Shown: in pieces, positions 12,433 to 24,438 of the stretch | Position numbering within the stretch: the first letter of the stretch is position 1 | Layout of the letters: the number at the start of each line of letters is the position of its first letter | Source of the DNA: Fistulifera solaris | Taxonomy: Eukaryota | Reading direction: 5' to 3' | DNA length: 64,000 nt | Assembly (NCBI GenBank): GCA_030295235.1 | Contig: AP026169.1 | Location: forward strand, 248,001-312,000 | Notes under the pieces: generated by a model | Told to the model about the DNA's origin: nothing | Databases searched by the model: none | Seen by the model: only the letters and a program-made list of their open reading frames with translations | Program-made: the position numbers and the translations under genes

Positions 12433-13059
12433 GCTTTGTTGTTTGCGACTGATTCCCAAGAAATGTGACGATTGGTTGGAGAATGAATGTGGTTTTATTT
12501 TGAATTTGAATTGGTTGTGTTTTGTGATTCGTTCTGTGGCAACGCGGCTTTTGTGCGTAGTCGTTCGTAACAAGTCGTGATACGACGGACGAGAATACAT
12601 ACTTGTTCTTCAATGCCGTTTCGGAGGAAAACAAAAATCAGTAACAAGCAAAGTGTGCCTCGTCGAGTTTTCACACGAACGATGAGTTCACGAACAGTAC
12701 CGGACGTGCAAACGTGCATCCTTTCAGACTTAATGGTTTCAGTTCATTATCGTGTCGTACCGTGTCCATTCTGCATTCTATCGTACCGGTACCAAATAGT
12801 TACAGCAATATCCACCACACAGCATTTGCGCATGGATGACATCATCGAGATCCTTTGCACTGACGAAGAGAGGAAAAAAAGCACTCGGATGACGAATGAC
12901 GGTCCTTTTCAAGGCAATCCAAAATTGAACCAACAACACACAATAACAGACCTGTATCTTTGAGTGTATCGTGACCTTTAAAGTCATTCAAATAGCTGAA
13001 ATTTGTATCACTTTCCTTCACTTCTTAGTTCGAGCATCCCGGTGATCCTATTTGTTACG

Positions 13060-14262
13060 ATGAGACTTATTGTACCTCTTTCCCTGTTGCTGCCGATGGC
13101 ACAGTCATTCGTTGTCCAACGGGAGGCCGTTTCTGCTTCCAAGTTATACATGGCTTCTCCTTTTGACGAATGGCAACAACAAACTCAGCGATTGGCTGCC
13201 TCTTTTGTCGCCGGTACGGTTCTCTCGGCTGGCCTCATGTTGAACACGCCAACCGAAGTAGTTGCTTTCGATTCGGCTGTTTTGGACACCACATCATCTC
13301 TTGTCGTATCGGTCGCGTCAACCAAAGCTGCTACACCGACGAAAACCACTGTTCCAAGCAAACCGGCTGATCCATACAAGCAAGCCCTCGACAATGCCAA
13401 GTTTGCTTTGGAAGGAGCGCGTTCGGCCGAAAAGGCGGCCGTCGCTTCAGTCAAAGCCGCCAAGCAAGGATTGAGTTTGCAAAAAGCCGAGCTGCAAAAA
13501 GCCGAGAGTACCAGCCAGAATGCCAAAAGGCTTTCCTCGACGCGAACGACAAGCTAGCCAAGACACCGGCCGATCGAAGTACGAAGGAAATCAACGCCGC
13601 CAAGGACAAAGTTGGTACGTATAATATCGTCAATTGGAAATTTTTGTAGTTGCGTTACTCGGCGGCACGAAAGAGTTGACCGATTACAGATCGTCAACAG
13701 AACTTATTCTGACACTTCTTTTGTTTTTTTTCGAATACCAGCTGCCACAAAGACTGCTTCACTAAATGCCGAAAAAGTGGTCGCCGAGAAAAAGTCGCAA
13801 TATAAGGTTGCATCTCAAAAGTACAGTGCCGCGGAAAAAGAGCTGGAAAAGATTCAAAAAATTAAGGATGGATATCAAAAGAAACTAAAATCGGCGGAGA
13901 AGAACTACGAAAAGGCACAAAAAGCGAAAGCAAAGGCCGACAAGATTGCAGCTGAAAAAGCCAAGGCTGCTGCAGAGGCCAAGAAGAAGGCAGAGAAAGC
14001 CGCCGCAGAGAAAGCGAAGCAATTAGAACGCAAGAAGCAAGCAGCTGAAAAGGAGCAAAAGAAGCAGGCGGAACTCCGAGCCAAGAAGCAAGCTGAAGAA
14101 AAGGCGAAGCAAAAGGCTGCCCTGGAAAAGGAAATCAAAACGCTTCAAGAGGCTAAGAAAGAGGCAGAGAAACTCAAGAATGAATCAGCCAAACGTATCG
14201 CCGAGCGCGAAGCGAAAATAGCTGCGGATCAAAAAGCACTGCAATCACTCAGCAAGAAATAA
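13060..14262 (+). CDS. Plastid-targeted (possibly thylakoid-lumenal) Ala/Lys/Glu-rich coiled-coil protein
   Basis: Signal peptide MRLIVPLSLLLPMAQS-FVV, transit-like stretch, second hydrophobic segment ending VVA-F; indel near 13528; intron 13616-13741; long AEKAK-type repeats. Confidence 0.7.
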
Positions 14263-14519
14263 GTTGGTTGACAGTTCTCCATGTTTCTGTGTTTGATAAT
14301 CGAATAAAAATACAACGAAGTAAAGCTTCCTTTAGTTTCTCGAGTTCCATAATGCTGCTACTAAATCAATTCAAAAAGCCGGGACAGACAAAGTAATCGT
14401 GAATCTATTTAAAAACTATTTTTGTAGTTAGTAGTGTTGGAAATGATGTAAAATGGAGGTGACAAGTTATGAATGTCGTTTTTATAAATTTTTAATTAAT
14501 GGCCTCAAATTCAAACGCC

Positions 14520-16723
14520 CTACTCTATCTTTTCCAAGGAGAACCAAAGAAAATTCCAACCAGCTTCCAGTGCACGGATCTCCAATGGAAAGGAACCGTC
14601 AGGTAAGCTGATTTCAGTTGAAATGGTTGTATATATTTGCCACCAGCCCGTAAGGGGAACAAGGATGGTTCCGTAGACACTTTGAGTTCTGCCATGGACG
14701 AGTTCTAGTGCCCCTGATCCCATGTGACTAGCCACACGCATCTCTACTTTGTAGTTTCCGCTACTGGGTAGGTCGACTTGATAGGTTACCCAATCACCGA
14801 CGTCGATATGACCCACATTGTCACCACCCTCGGAGGACGGCTCCAGTTCGATGCCCTTCATGCCGTCAAATGCACTGGCCGGAAAGAAGAATTTGGAGGT
14901 AGGAATACTTGCAGCTACTGATGTTTGATTGGACTCTGCAGTAAGGGGTTCAAGAGACAGCCAATTCAAATTCCATCCGCCAACGACGGCCACAACTCGC
15001 AAAGGGACCATGCCCCCGGTAAGTCAACGTATCCAACACTTACTCTCTCCCACGTGTGCCAGTCGCCCGTATTCGGCACCGAGTCGAGCTGTCCATAAAC
15101 CTCCTGCGTGTCTCTGTTCATCACCATGAGTGACCCTTCAGATAGTGGACTGGCAACGCCAAGATCGAGCCTATAGCGACCGGCAGAAGGAACAGTGATG
15201 TTGTAGTCAATGGTATCTCCTGTGTCGATAGAGCCCATAGTCTTCGTACCGTTAATTGGAGATTCGTTTACAACGCCATCGGAGCCGACGTTGTCGGTAG
15301 CAAGAATCATGGAATTGCCGGAAGTGAGATTCGCTGAAGTGGTATTTCCAGAAGGATCCCCGATTGAACTGTTTGAAGAAGCGAATGAGGCCTCATTGAG
15401 CTCGAGCGACATGAAGAGCAAGTTGAAGCTTCCTTCCATGACCATGATCTCTAAAGGAACGATACCGCTCTCGAGGTCGATGTCATCGACGCTCACCGTG
15501 GTCCAACTCTCCCATCCTCCGGTGGCCGGAATCGAATCAATCGATCCGTAAATTTCTTGAGTGTCACTATTCGTGACAAGGAATGATCCTGAGCCATTCA
15601 TGCTAGCAACCTCGAGATTGAGTCTGTAATTACCGGAAACAGGAACTTCCAAGTTGTACTTCATAAAGGCAGTATTGCTAATGTTACCAATAACCTGCGG
15701 TGCTTCCGTCTCAACGCCAGCAGAGCTATTCAAACTTGTGGCAGGAATCAGAATATTAACATCATCCGTTGTGTTGGTGGTATTGACAGAGGCAGCAGGA
15801 GTCGAGGCTCGTTCAATGATCAAATTCATCATGTTCCATCCGCCTTCGACCACAAGGATTTCGAATGGCAAAAGACCAGCTTCAAAAGTTACATTTTCCA
15901 CGCTTACAGTAGTCCATGTGTGCCATCCATCCGTTTGCGGAATTTCATTTACCCGCCCATAGATTTGTTGAGTTTCGCTGTTCTTCGCAACAAAGGAACC
16001 GTGTCCATACAAACTAGCAACTCGTACGCGAATCGCGTAAACTCCAGGGGAAGGGATATTAATTTCGTACTTAACATAATCACCGGAGCTGGACTCACCC
16101 AAGTTCCCATTGATAGGATCCACTGTTAATCCTTCCGCCCACGTGAACGAAGTTGCCGGAACCAAGAGTTTGTCAGGTGATGTATCGGTGCTAACAGCAG
16201 CGGTGTCTTCTGACAGTTGCTTGAGCGAGAACCAACCGAGGTTGAAACCTCCATTGACGATGAGAATTTCGAGTGTGTGAACTCCTGCAGAAATGTTGGC
16301 GTCACCGACTCGGACCGTGGCCCATTGCTCCCACGATCCAGTCGGTGGAAGTACATTGACTTCTCCGTAAATTTCAAAAGTTTCCGAATTGATCACAGAG
16401 AATGCACCCACATTATCTGTATTGGAGATGCGAGCTTGCAGCCGAAAGCGGCCTCCCACCTTGACGTCGACAGTGAATTTCAGTCGGTCCCCAGTGACGA
16501 TTTTCGCCAAGTTTTGCGTCCCTTCAGACGACTCATCGATTACAACGCCATCAGGTACGATAAAATCACCAGCATTGATCGTTATAGTTTCAAATCCTGG
16601 ACTTGATAATTCCGAATCTATTTGCCTCGTGTCATACCCGCTGCTCACCAAACCTCGCAATCGCCATGGAATAGCGGTAGCAACAGGAAGCAAAAGCGCT
16701 ATCGTCAGTAGTCGTTTTATCAT
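14520..16723 (-). CDS. Secreted protein with five tandem CBM6-like carbohydrate-binding modules (CBM-A)
   Basis: Signal peptide MIKRLLTIALLLPVATA; five repeats of SEG..N.G.I..GD...Y.V.V...G.Y....RVAS..G.G.F...P.TG.W..W.TV...GGWNL.W. One G missing in the G-run near 15013 joins the two ORFs. Confidence 0.85.
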
Positions 16724-17212
16724 TGTTTCGCTGTTTAAGAATGAAAAAATACATGAAAAGGGAAAACATGCAGTCGAGCGAAGGATCCCGAGTACCCGAT
16801 ACCTGAGAGCTGAGAGCCAACTGGTAGACTTATTGTTTTTGGACTTTCCGTGTTGCGGAAATTTAATGTGTGATGTGTGATATTTTTAGTGTCTCTATAA
16901 AGAATTCAAAAAATCGCTATACAGTGTTCAGTAAGTTCTTATTTCAAGAAGACATTTCGGGGTTTTTAATCGATTGTCAATGAGCAAGTGATATATCGCC
17001 CTTCTCATTTTCTGCTTCTCTCGTCATTAGACAAACGCAATGACTGGTCATTGGTAATTGATCGGGATTCTTTAGACTTCGATGGTGTTCTAGAGTGACT
17101 AGTGATTAGTGATGCTAATAGTACTAACCGAGGGAATTCCTCTACTATTGCTATCTGCTTACTGCAAATATTAAAGAGTTGTTGTATTTTTATTTCCTCT
17201 GAAAATTACAGT

Positions 17213-17284
17213 GCTGATGTGGCGCAGTGGTAACGCATTTGACTTGTAATCAAAAGATCCCCGGTTCAATCCCGGGCATCAGCT
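17213..17284 (+). tRNA. tRNA-Thr (TGT)
   Basis: Acceptor stem GCTGATG/CATCAGC, D arm GGCGCAGTGGTAACGC, anticodon arm TTTGA-CTTGTAA-TCAAA, T loop GGTTCAATCC. Confidence 0.96.
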
Positions 17285-17530
17285 TTGCCAAGTTTTCATT
17301 ATTATTTTTTCGTCGATAATCGATGCCGTCGTCTCTCTGTTTTTAATCCAACACAGAGTTTAAAATTATGCGATTGGTGTTTCAAAACGGTGACTATTAC
17401 TTTTCAGATACCGTATGCAACATAAACGAGGTTAGTTGAAGATGTGTTCCTTGATAAAGACATGTTAAATTTAGCTTATAGCGCGACGGCACGGAGCTAC
17501 ACAGGGGCGAGATGCTAGAGGTAGACTTAT

Positions 17531-18714
17531 TCACTCGAATGATGATTCTTCTCTTTGCTGAAATTCAACTTCCACTTGTTGTTTCGATGAGTCTTCTTGT
17601 AAGAGTTGTGTATTTTGCGTTACGTCTCTTCTGTCGTTCGCGACATGTTTCGTCTCGGATTCTTCGACAGCAACGACTTTCTCGTAAGCCTTCCCGCTCA
17701 GCCAATCGTCTAGATCTGCAACATTCTTTCCACTCGCGCCGTACTTGCCCACAACAGTGGAAAAAGTCATGGTGAAATCGCGGGGATCTTTGTAAACTCG
17801 TGCAGGATGATAGACCATCACAGATACCTTGTCCGTTTCACCAACGACACCATCAATCGGGTGCCACACTTTGTGAGCTCCGTGCATCGCAATCATTTGA
17901 ATGGGAGTAGTCTTGCGAGCCATACTGAATGCTCCTGTGAATACCTCGAGTAACCCATTCTCGGGTGTCGGATTGCACTGACCCTCCGGTAATATTCCCA
18001 AGTCGCACCCCGAATTCAAAGCGTTTTTACAGGCCACCAACATTGCCTTGAAGGACTGTTTGTCGTATTCATTCGGCGTGCCGTGCCCGTTGGCCGCCAT
18101 ACCGACAGGAATGAATCCAGCTTGCCGAAAGAATATCCGCGTCACCAAATGGTCTTCGAGCTGTTTCCAGTACATGATCGTCATGCGACGACCGTTCATT
18201 TTCAATTGGGAATGTGCCGCTAGCAGCAAAAACACGTCCAGCAAACTCGTGTGATTGCACACCCAAATGCGCGGTTCGTCAATAGTCGGTATAGCACCAT
18301 AGTGCTGCACCTGCAGTTTGCAGAAAGGAATCAATTTCATCAACCATCGACTACAAAAGGCCGCGGTCGGTACGGCCCAGTTGTGGAGCTGCTTCTCGTT
18401 GATTAGTTTTAGGCGATACAAAATTTGCTGAGGCAGAAGCGTTAGCGGCAAGGCGAGACACATGGCAACAATATACAGACACATTCCAATTTGCCTCAGT
18501 GTCTTCTTTACTTGCGGAAAAAGGCTGTTTTCGTAGCGGTTGCCCCATTGATTGCGGTTGAAGCGTTCAAAACGGCTTCATGTTTCTTGATGATTTGATC
18601 TTTGCTAACCGTTTGCTGTTGTCTGAAAGACACAGAGCGGAACTTGGGGATTGCAAATGCATTTACTGGGCAAGCAAAAGAGCACAAAAGAAAGAAGGAA
18701 TAATGGAACTTCAT
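17531..18714 (-). CDS. Plastid-targeted 1-acyl-sn-glycerol-3-phosphate acyltransferase (LPAAT, PlsC family)
   Basis: NHTSLLD (NHX4D) and ILPEG motifs; signal peptide MKFHYSFFLLCSFACPVNA-FAI. One T missing in the run near 18520 joins the presequence ORF to the main ORF. Confidence 0.85.
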
Positions 18715-18874
18715 GGTATCTTGTGACAATTCTATTGACGACGATCTTTGACGACAACACAATTCGCTGCCATGATTTCTTCACGTTCGTAAATAAGTTT
18801 TACGCTACGTCGAAGACCTGGTATTACTGAGAACCAGTCCGTCACCACGTGTTGAGCCGTTCTACTACGTTCTA

Positions 18875-18972
18875 CGTACCAGAAACGGCGTTAAAATTCT
18901 GCCTCGTCGTGGATGCTACGTAGAATCGAATCTTGTACTAGAGGCAGAATTTTAACGTCCTTTCCCGGTACG
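18875..18972. repeat. Short inverted-repeat element (mini-MITE-like)
   Basis: CGTTAAAATTCTGCCTC (18889-18905) and GAGGCAGAATTTTAACG (18941-18957) form a perfect 17-bp inverted repeat, which extends imperfectly outward to CGTACC/GGTACG. Confidence 0.7.
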
Positions 18973-19059
18973 GTACCAGTTCCGTACATAGAAATTGAAG
19001 GAAACTTAACTCACGATTATTATGAATCTAAATTATACAAGAACACGACTATGCCACAT

Positions 19060-20681
19060 CTATCTTTCTTTCAAGGTCAGAGAGATCCACTGCAAGTCCC
19101 ATCCTCCTTCATTCACAAGAACTTCTAGCGGTACCACTCTCCCGGCTTGTAAGCTGATATCGGCTACCCGGGCTGACCGAGCTGTGGCCCAATCGCCAGT
19201 GGAAGGCAGATCGGAGAGTCCTCCGTAAGACTGAAGAGTTTCCGCGTCGCGAAGAATAAACGATCCGTCGCCTGAGGGACTGCTAAGTCTCACCTCAATC
19301 GCATATGTACCGCTGACGGGAGGATTTACATCGAAGAGTAACCAGTCGCCAGCATCCAAATAGGCCATTGTTTGTGTTCGACCGTTGTCTCCTTCTAAGA
19401 TCACTCCCTGTGCATCTACCAAATCATCTCCTTGCAGTAAAATGACAGTAGGAGCCGCAGGAGCGCGTCCTCTTCCGTTGCTATTACTGCTTTGCGTGGA
19501 TCCTCCTCGAATTGGTTGCAGCAATTCGAAATGCAACCATCGTATATTAAATCCGCCCTCAGGAATCAAAACCGTTACAGCGTGCTGGCCCCTTGTCATT
19601 TCGACATTTGATGAAACGACGACTGTTTCCCATGTTTGCCACCACCCAGTTGAAGGCATATTCGTCAAATCACCTAACAACGCTTTGGAATCGCTATCGA
19701 TGACAAGAAATGACCCGTCTCCTGCGAGACTGGCGACGCGTACACTCATTTCGTAAACACCCGTGGAAGGAATATCTGCCATGAATTGCAAGCGGTCGCC
19801 ATTTCCAATGTAACTCAAGTTCTCTCCACCTTCACTACAAGGCTCGGTTACTATATCACCCGAGACTTCGAAATCCCTGCTTCAATCATTACAACACTGT
19901 GGAAGGCGCCATTGGCAACGGTTGTCCATGAAGCCTCACCTGTACCGTCCGTTGGAGTGTTACCTGCTGTTTCCCACCAGGTGGAGCCACCGGATGACCC
20001 CGTAGTTGTGGAGTCGGTAGTTGTGGCTCCATCATTGCCTTCATTCGTAGATGATTCTGTAGCGGTCGTAGCGGTCGGGTCGTCCGGATTGAAAAACGAC
20101 CCACTATTATCTGTCGTGGAAGTGTTCGTGCTTCCCACCGTAAACTGAGGAGAAACCTTCATTCCATTGTAATTCCAACCACCACTCAATGCCTTCAATG
20201 ATAATGTTAACGATCCTCTCGGTAATACAACGGATGCTCTGACTGATTCGTAAACATCCCAAGATCCTGTTGCCGGGAAATCTTTCATTTCTAAGTAAAT
20301 TTCCCCCGTAGCATAATTTAACAATTGAAAGCTTCCATCACCATCAGGAGACGCGATTTGAAATACGATGGTGTAGTATCCATCTCCGTGATATAGTGTC
20401 ACATCGTACGACATGCTATCGTCTGCGTCAATGAAAGCAATATTTTGTCCTCCCGCCGGATTGTTTTGCACTTCAATTCCCTTCATATCACAAAATTCGT
20501 CAGCTGCGATGATGGATTCCGCTTTGACGAAGCCGGCTTGACTCATAATACGGCCACAGCTGGATGTTGGCGTGGGCGGTTCTCCCCAGCCCGGTGCATC
20601 GGTCGGTGCCCCCGTCTCCTGTGCATGGACCGTTGAGTGAGTTACTATTGTAAGTATGAAGGAAAGGAGCGTTTGCCTCAT
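19060..20681 (-). CDS. Secreted protein with three CBM6-like modules and a Thr/Ser-rich linker (CBM-B)
   Basis: Signal peptide MRQTLLSFILTIVTHSTVHA; three CBM6-like repeats. Adding one G near 19876 gives AGDFEVSGDIVTEPCSEGGENLSYIGNGD and joins the two ORFs. Confidence 0.85.
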
Positions 20682-21321
20682 TATTTGATTGCAATGGGCA
20701 GTGCGTACTAGAAACGAGAGGCTTCAAGATGCAGCATGCTTCCATGTTCGACGAGAAGCGCGCAGGGAACAGCAACGACAACGACAAGCGTTTTTGTCGG
20801 TGGGACTTCTTGGTAACGGCTTTTCGCTTTGTCGAGTAAAACAGCAAAACGTAGCAATCTGTACGTAGATTATGTTCTGCGCACTGCGTGTCTTTGACAT
20901 AGGGTGTCACTGGTCACTGGCCCTGCTACAATATGCCATTGAACCATAAACATACTCATGTAGTAATGTAAAATTGTCAAAATCACAGAGACTCAATATG
21001 TACCTTCCGTTTTGAAGTATACACCAATCCCATTGTTGACACGCTGTGGGCCTTTTCGATACAACATGTGGTCGTGATCGTGGATCGTCCATAGCATCGT
21101 AGTACTCGGCGAATACGAACCTTAATGAACAATGAACGGGGCCAACGAATTTTTACCTAAAACCTTGTACTCCGTAAAAAGTAAGCATCACCAGCATGAA
21201 GCAATACATTTAGTTCGCAACGAAAAGTGAAATGCAAAGTGAAAGCTAGATTGTTGAAAGAACGACTTTTTCCTTTGGTAATTGATTGTACAGGAAGCTT
21301 CGAAAGGCGGATTGAACGCTC

Positions 21322-22643
21322 TTACAGCCTGAAAGTGAGCGAGAGCAGGTTCCAGCCCTCACCGGTCACCGTTAATTTGAGTCTTACAGGTCCTGCCGGC
21401 AGGGTTGCAGAAAAATCAACGCTCAATCCTTCAAACCAGCTACCAGAAGCCGGAAGCGTTGAGGCTGAACCCATGAGCTGACCCGTCGCGGCATTTTCTA
21501 ATCTGAAACCACCGGAACCATCGGGACTGGCGACTCTTACGCCAATATCATAAGCGCCTGCCACTGGCACGTCGACGGTATATTCCACAAAGTCACCAAT
21601 AGCTAGTTGACCGAGCAATTTTCCATCTACAACAGTGCCTTGGTTGTTACTGAAGTCTGCAGCGGAAACAATAAAGAAAGTTCCCTGAGGCTCAGGAGCC
21701 GTGCCATTCGCTTCATTAAAAGCCACAAACATCAAATTCCAGCCACCTTCCACAACTAGGAACTGCAATGGAACGGTACCTGCCGTGAGACCAACAGTTC
21801 CAAGATCCACCATAATCCAATCATCCCATCCCGCTGTTGCAGGAATGGAGGTCACCTCTGCCAAAATTTCCGAGTTGTCCCTGGTAGTGATGAAAAAACT
21901 TCCTAGAGCAGATGGGTTTGCGATGCGTATCCACATTTGGTAGGCGCCCGTCGTATTAACTGGCACATCAAAGGCAAGCTTGTCACCCGAAAAAAGGAAG
22001 GCGAGGTTCTGATCGACTTCATTCGCTCTATCGACAACCACACCCGAGGGGACTGTGAACTCTTCAGCACGAACCATAATGTCATAATCCTCATATGCCT
22101 GCACATAGCCGTAGCCCTCCAGTAACGTGAGCTTCATCCATTGCAGGTTCCAGCCGCTTTCAAGGGAAACTAGTTGAATGATGGAGTATCCTTCGTCGAG
22201 TGCAACTTTTCCGAGAGACACTGTCTCCCAAGTCTGCCAATCCGAAGTCGCGGGGATATCTTGGAAGACCCCATAGACTGTTCCAGTATCTTTATTCCTA
22301 AACTCAAAGGCACCGTCGCCATCGGGACTCGCGACTCGTACTTCTACGTCAAAATAGCCACCCGTCGACAATGCCACATCAAAGGCCACAAAATGCCCGG
22401 CCTGGAGCCAACCGATATTCTTGCCCCCCTCCGAGCTATCTTCGAGCAAGACACCATAATAGTCACAAAGCGCAGCGACGTCTATAAAAATCTCGGATCC
22501 TATTATGAGCTTCTCGGGGGTATTCCACTCGAGTAACATTGATTGGCATTGGGTTCTTCGCCGTTGACTCGCCAAGGATCATCAATTTGTTGGGCGACAG
22601 CTGCGTGAAACAGAGAGAGAAGGATGGATAAACACAATCTCAT
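21322..22643 (-). CDS. Secreted protein with three CBM6-like modules (CBM-C)
   Basis: Signal peptide MRLCLSILLSLFHAAVA; one C missing in the run near 22517; three CBM6-like repeats (SSEGGKNIGW...RVASPDG.G.F...GWNL). Confidence 0.85.
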
Positions 22644-23160
22644 CTTACAATATACTTGAAACACAAGCCTCTCTTTGATAGGAGTTTTTACAAGTCTAAA
22701 TGACAATGTACCAGTCGTTCGAGCGCGAAGCCTATTCTTGCATCCAGATGAACATAAATTGGTGAAGAAAAACCCGAGAAAAATTTTGCGGACTTGTTGG
22801 GAATGATCATTTTCGAATTAAGTCCTTTCGTTAAGTCTCTCTAGCGCAAACAGTACTTCTACTGGAAACGCTGGCCTTAATTTAATTACGTAGTACTGGA
22901 CGAATCTGCCGTCTGCAGAGAAAAGCAAGAAGTACTTGACAATTTGTTTTTGACGACTTTTCGCTTATCGCTGCGCAGTCATTGAAACCACGACTTGTTG
23001 AGGAAAAACATAGAGGCTACTTTGAACTTAAATCCTGTCACGAGTCGTCAGTCGTCAGTCGTCGGGTGACATTGCTTCGTAGTAGCAAAATTTGGTTCCT
23101 CAACACAAATCATAAATGCGGAAGACGCTAAGTATGATCTCTTAAGCTATTGCTAAATAT

Positions 23161-23964
23161 CTACTGCTGTTGCTGCCGTGCAGCAAATTTGCCGCAGGAA
23201 ACCATTTTAGTACCTGCGCCTAATAAACCCATGCTTTGTTCTACTTTCAAGACACCCTCAAGTTTCTTGGGGTTGTTGTTTAGCTTTCCTTCAAAATACA
23301 GCCATCCTTCTGGGACCGTGTACGATGTCGATGTCTGCGTCGTTTTAGCTTCCTCGTTGGACCAAAACACATTCTGAATTGTGCCCGTCGTCTGAACTGT
23401 TCGCGTATAGCCAGTCACAAGCAAACGAAACCGAAAGTTCCCATCCCTTACAATCCAGTCTCCGTCTTCTGTTGAGCAGAATCCATCTTCATCTGGCCTT
23501 TCAACAAAACATTTGGCCGTATTCAAAAAATCCACAACGATGTTCTCGCAAGTTGGCTTTTCGGGAAGGTTTAATCCAATGTCCTTGTCACGCGTAGTGA
23601 TAGTAGTACGGGCGGCAAATAAATCATTTGATGGGTCTCTCGAGGGAATTCCGGCAAGATACAATTCCAGAGAGTATTTTCCTTCCAGTTGTGTCAATTG
23701 TTGTTGTTGTCGTCGCCATTTTTCTTGTGTTTCTGTTAGACGACCGGATCTAGTGGTCGTTGTGTCTGACAGGCCCGAATCTATACTACCCGTTCGTTTA
23801 TCAGCGCTCAGATCGGGAGAATTCTCGAATGCTTTTTTGAAAAGATCATTGAACAATCGCAAGGAAGTTGACGACGGCATTGAATTTTTAGTGCCAAGAA
23901 ACAGCGAGCTGAATGCAGAAGCAGGTACAAACAGAAAAAACAGAGAGAATATTTGCAGCTTCAT
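23161..23964 (-). CDS. Plastid-targeted hypothetical protein
   Basis: Intact 267-aa ORF with a signal peptide and ASA-F motif (FVPASAFSS). No recognised domain. Confidence 0.75.
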   Translation of the reverse strand: MKLQIFSLFFLFVPASAFSSLFLGTKNSMPSSTSLRLFNDLFKKAFENSPDLSADKRTGSIDSGLSDTTTTRSGRLTETQEKWRRQQQQLTQLEGKYSLELYLAGIPSRDPSNDLFAARTTITTRDKDIGLNLPEKPTCENIVVDFLNTAKCFVERPDEDGFCSTEDGDWIVRDGNFRFRLLVTGYTRTVQTTGTIQNVFWSNEEAKTTQTSTSYTVPEGWLYFEGKLNNNPKKLEGVLKVEQSMGLLGAGTKMVSCGKFAARQQQQ

Positions 23965-24438
23965 TGTGTTTTGATCATAAGTATCAAGATTGAGCGCCTT
24001 TGTCTTTCGATTTGCATTAGTTGCAGTTTATAGACCCACCAGTCTTTTTTGAGTTTTGCGTTCGCAATTCGCGAAGATCATCATCGAGAAAGTTTTGGTT
24101 TATGCTGACGTCGTCAAGTACCGCTCTGGGTCCCTTCCTGCTGACGCGAGACTGGTGTCTCAACACATGACTTACCTACGAAGTGTCGTACTTCATCCTT
24201 CACACACGGCTTGATACAAAGATTTGGCTCAAATCTTGTTACGGAACTGACCCAACAGCATCTTGGTCATCCATGACGTCGTTTTCGCAGTCAATCATCA
24301 ATCGTAACCATCGCTTAAGAAGAATGATTTTTCCCCCTGCTTGCTGGCCGCTGCAACTATATTTAGAAATATAATGTTACTAAAAACAAATTACTTGTGT
24401 TTATAGATAGCTCAGAACGGATATTTGTTGCACAAAAA

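Noticed and set aside
13740..14262. Bacterial TolA
   Set aside because: The similarity is only compositional (AEK repeats); the gene has an intron and a plastid-type presequence.
14520..22643. Bacterial contamination or a chimeric contig explaining the CBM6 genes
   Set aside because: The genes are interleaved with a tRNA lacking encoded CCA and a plastid-targeted LPAAT, and are flanked by diatom-type genes.
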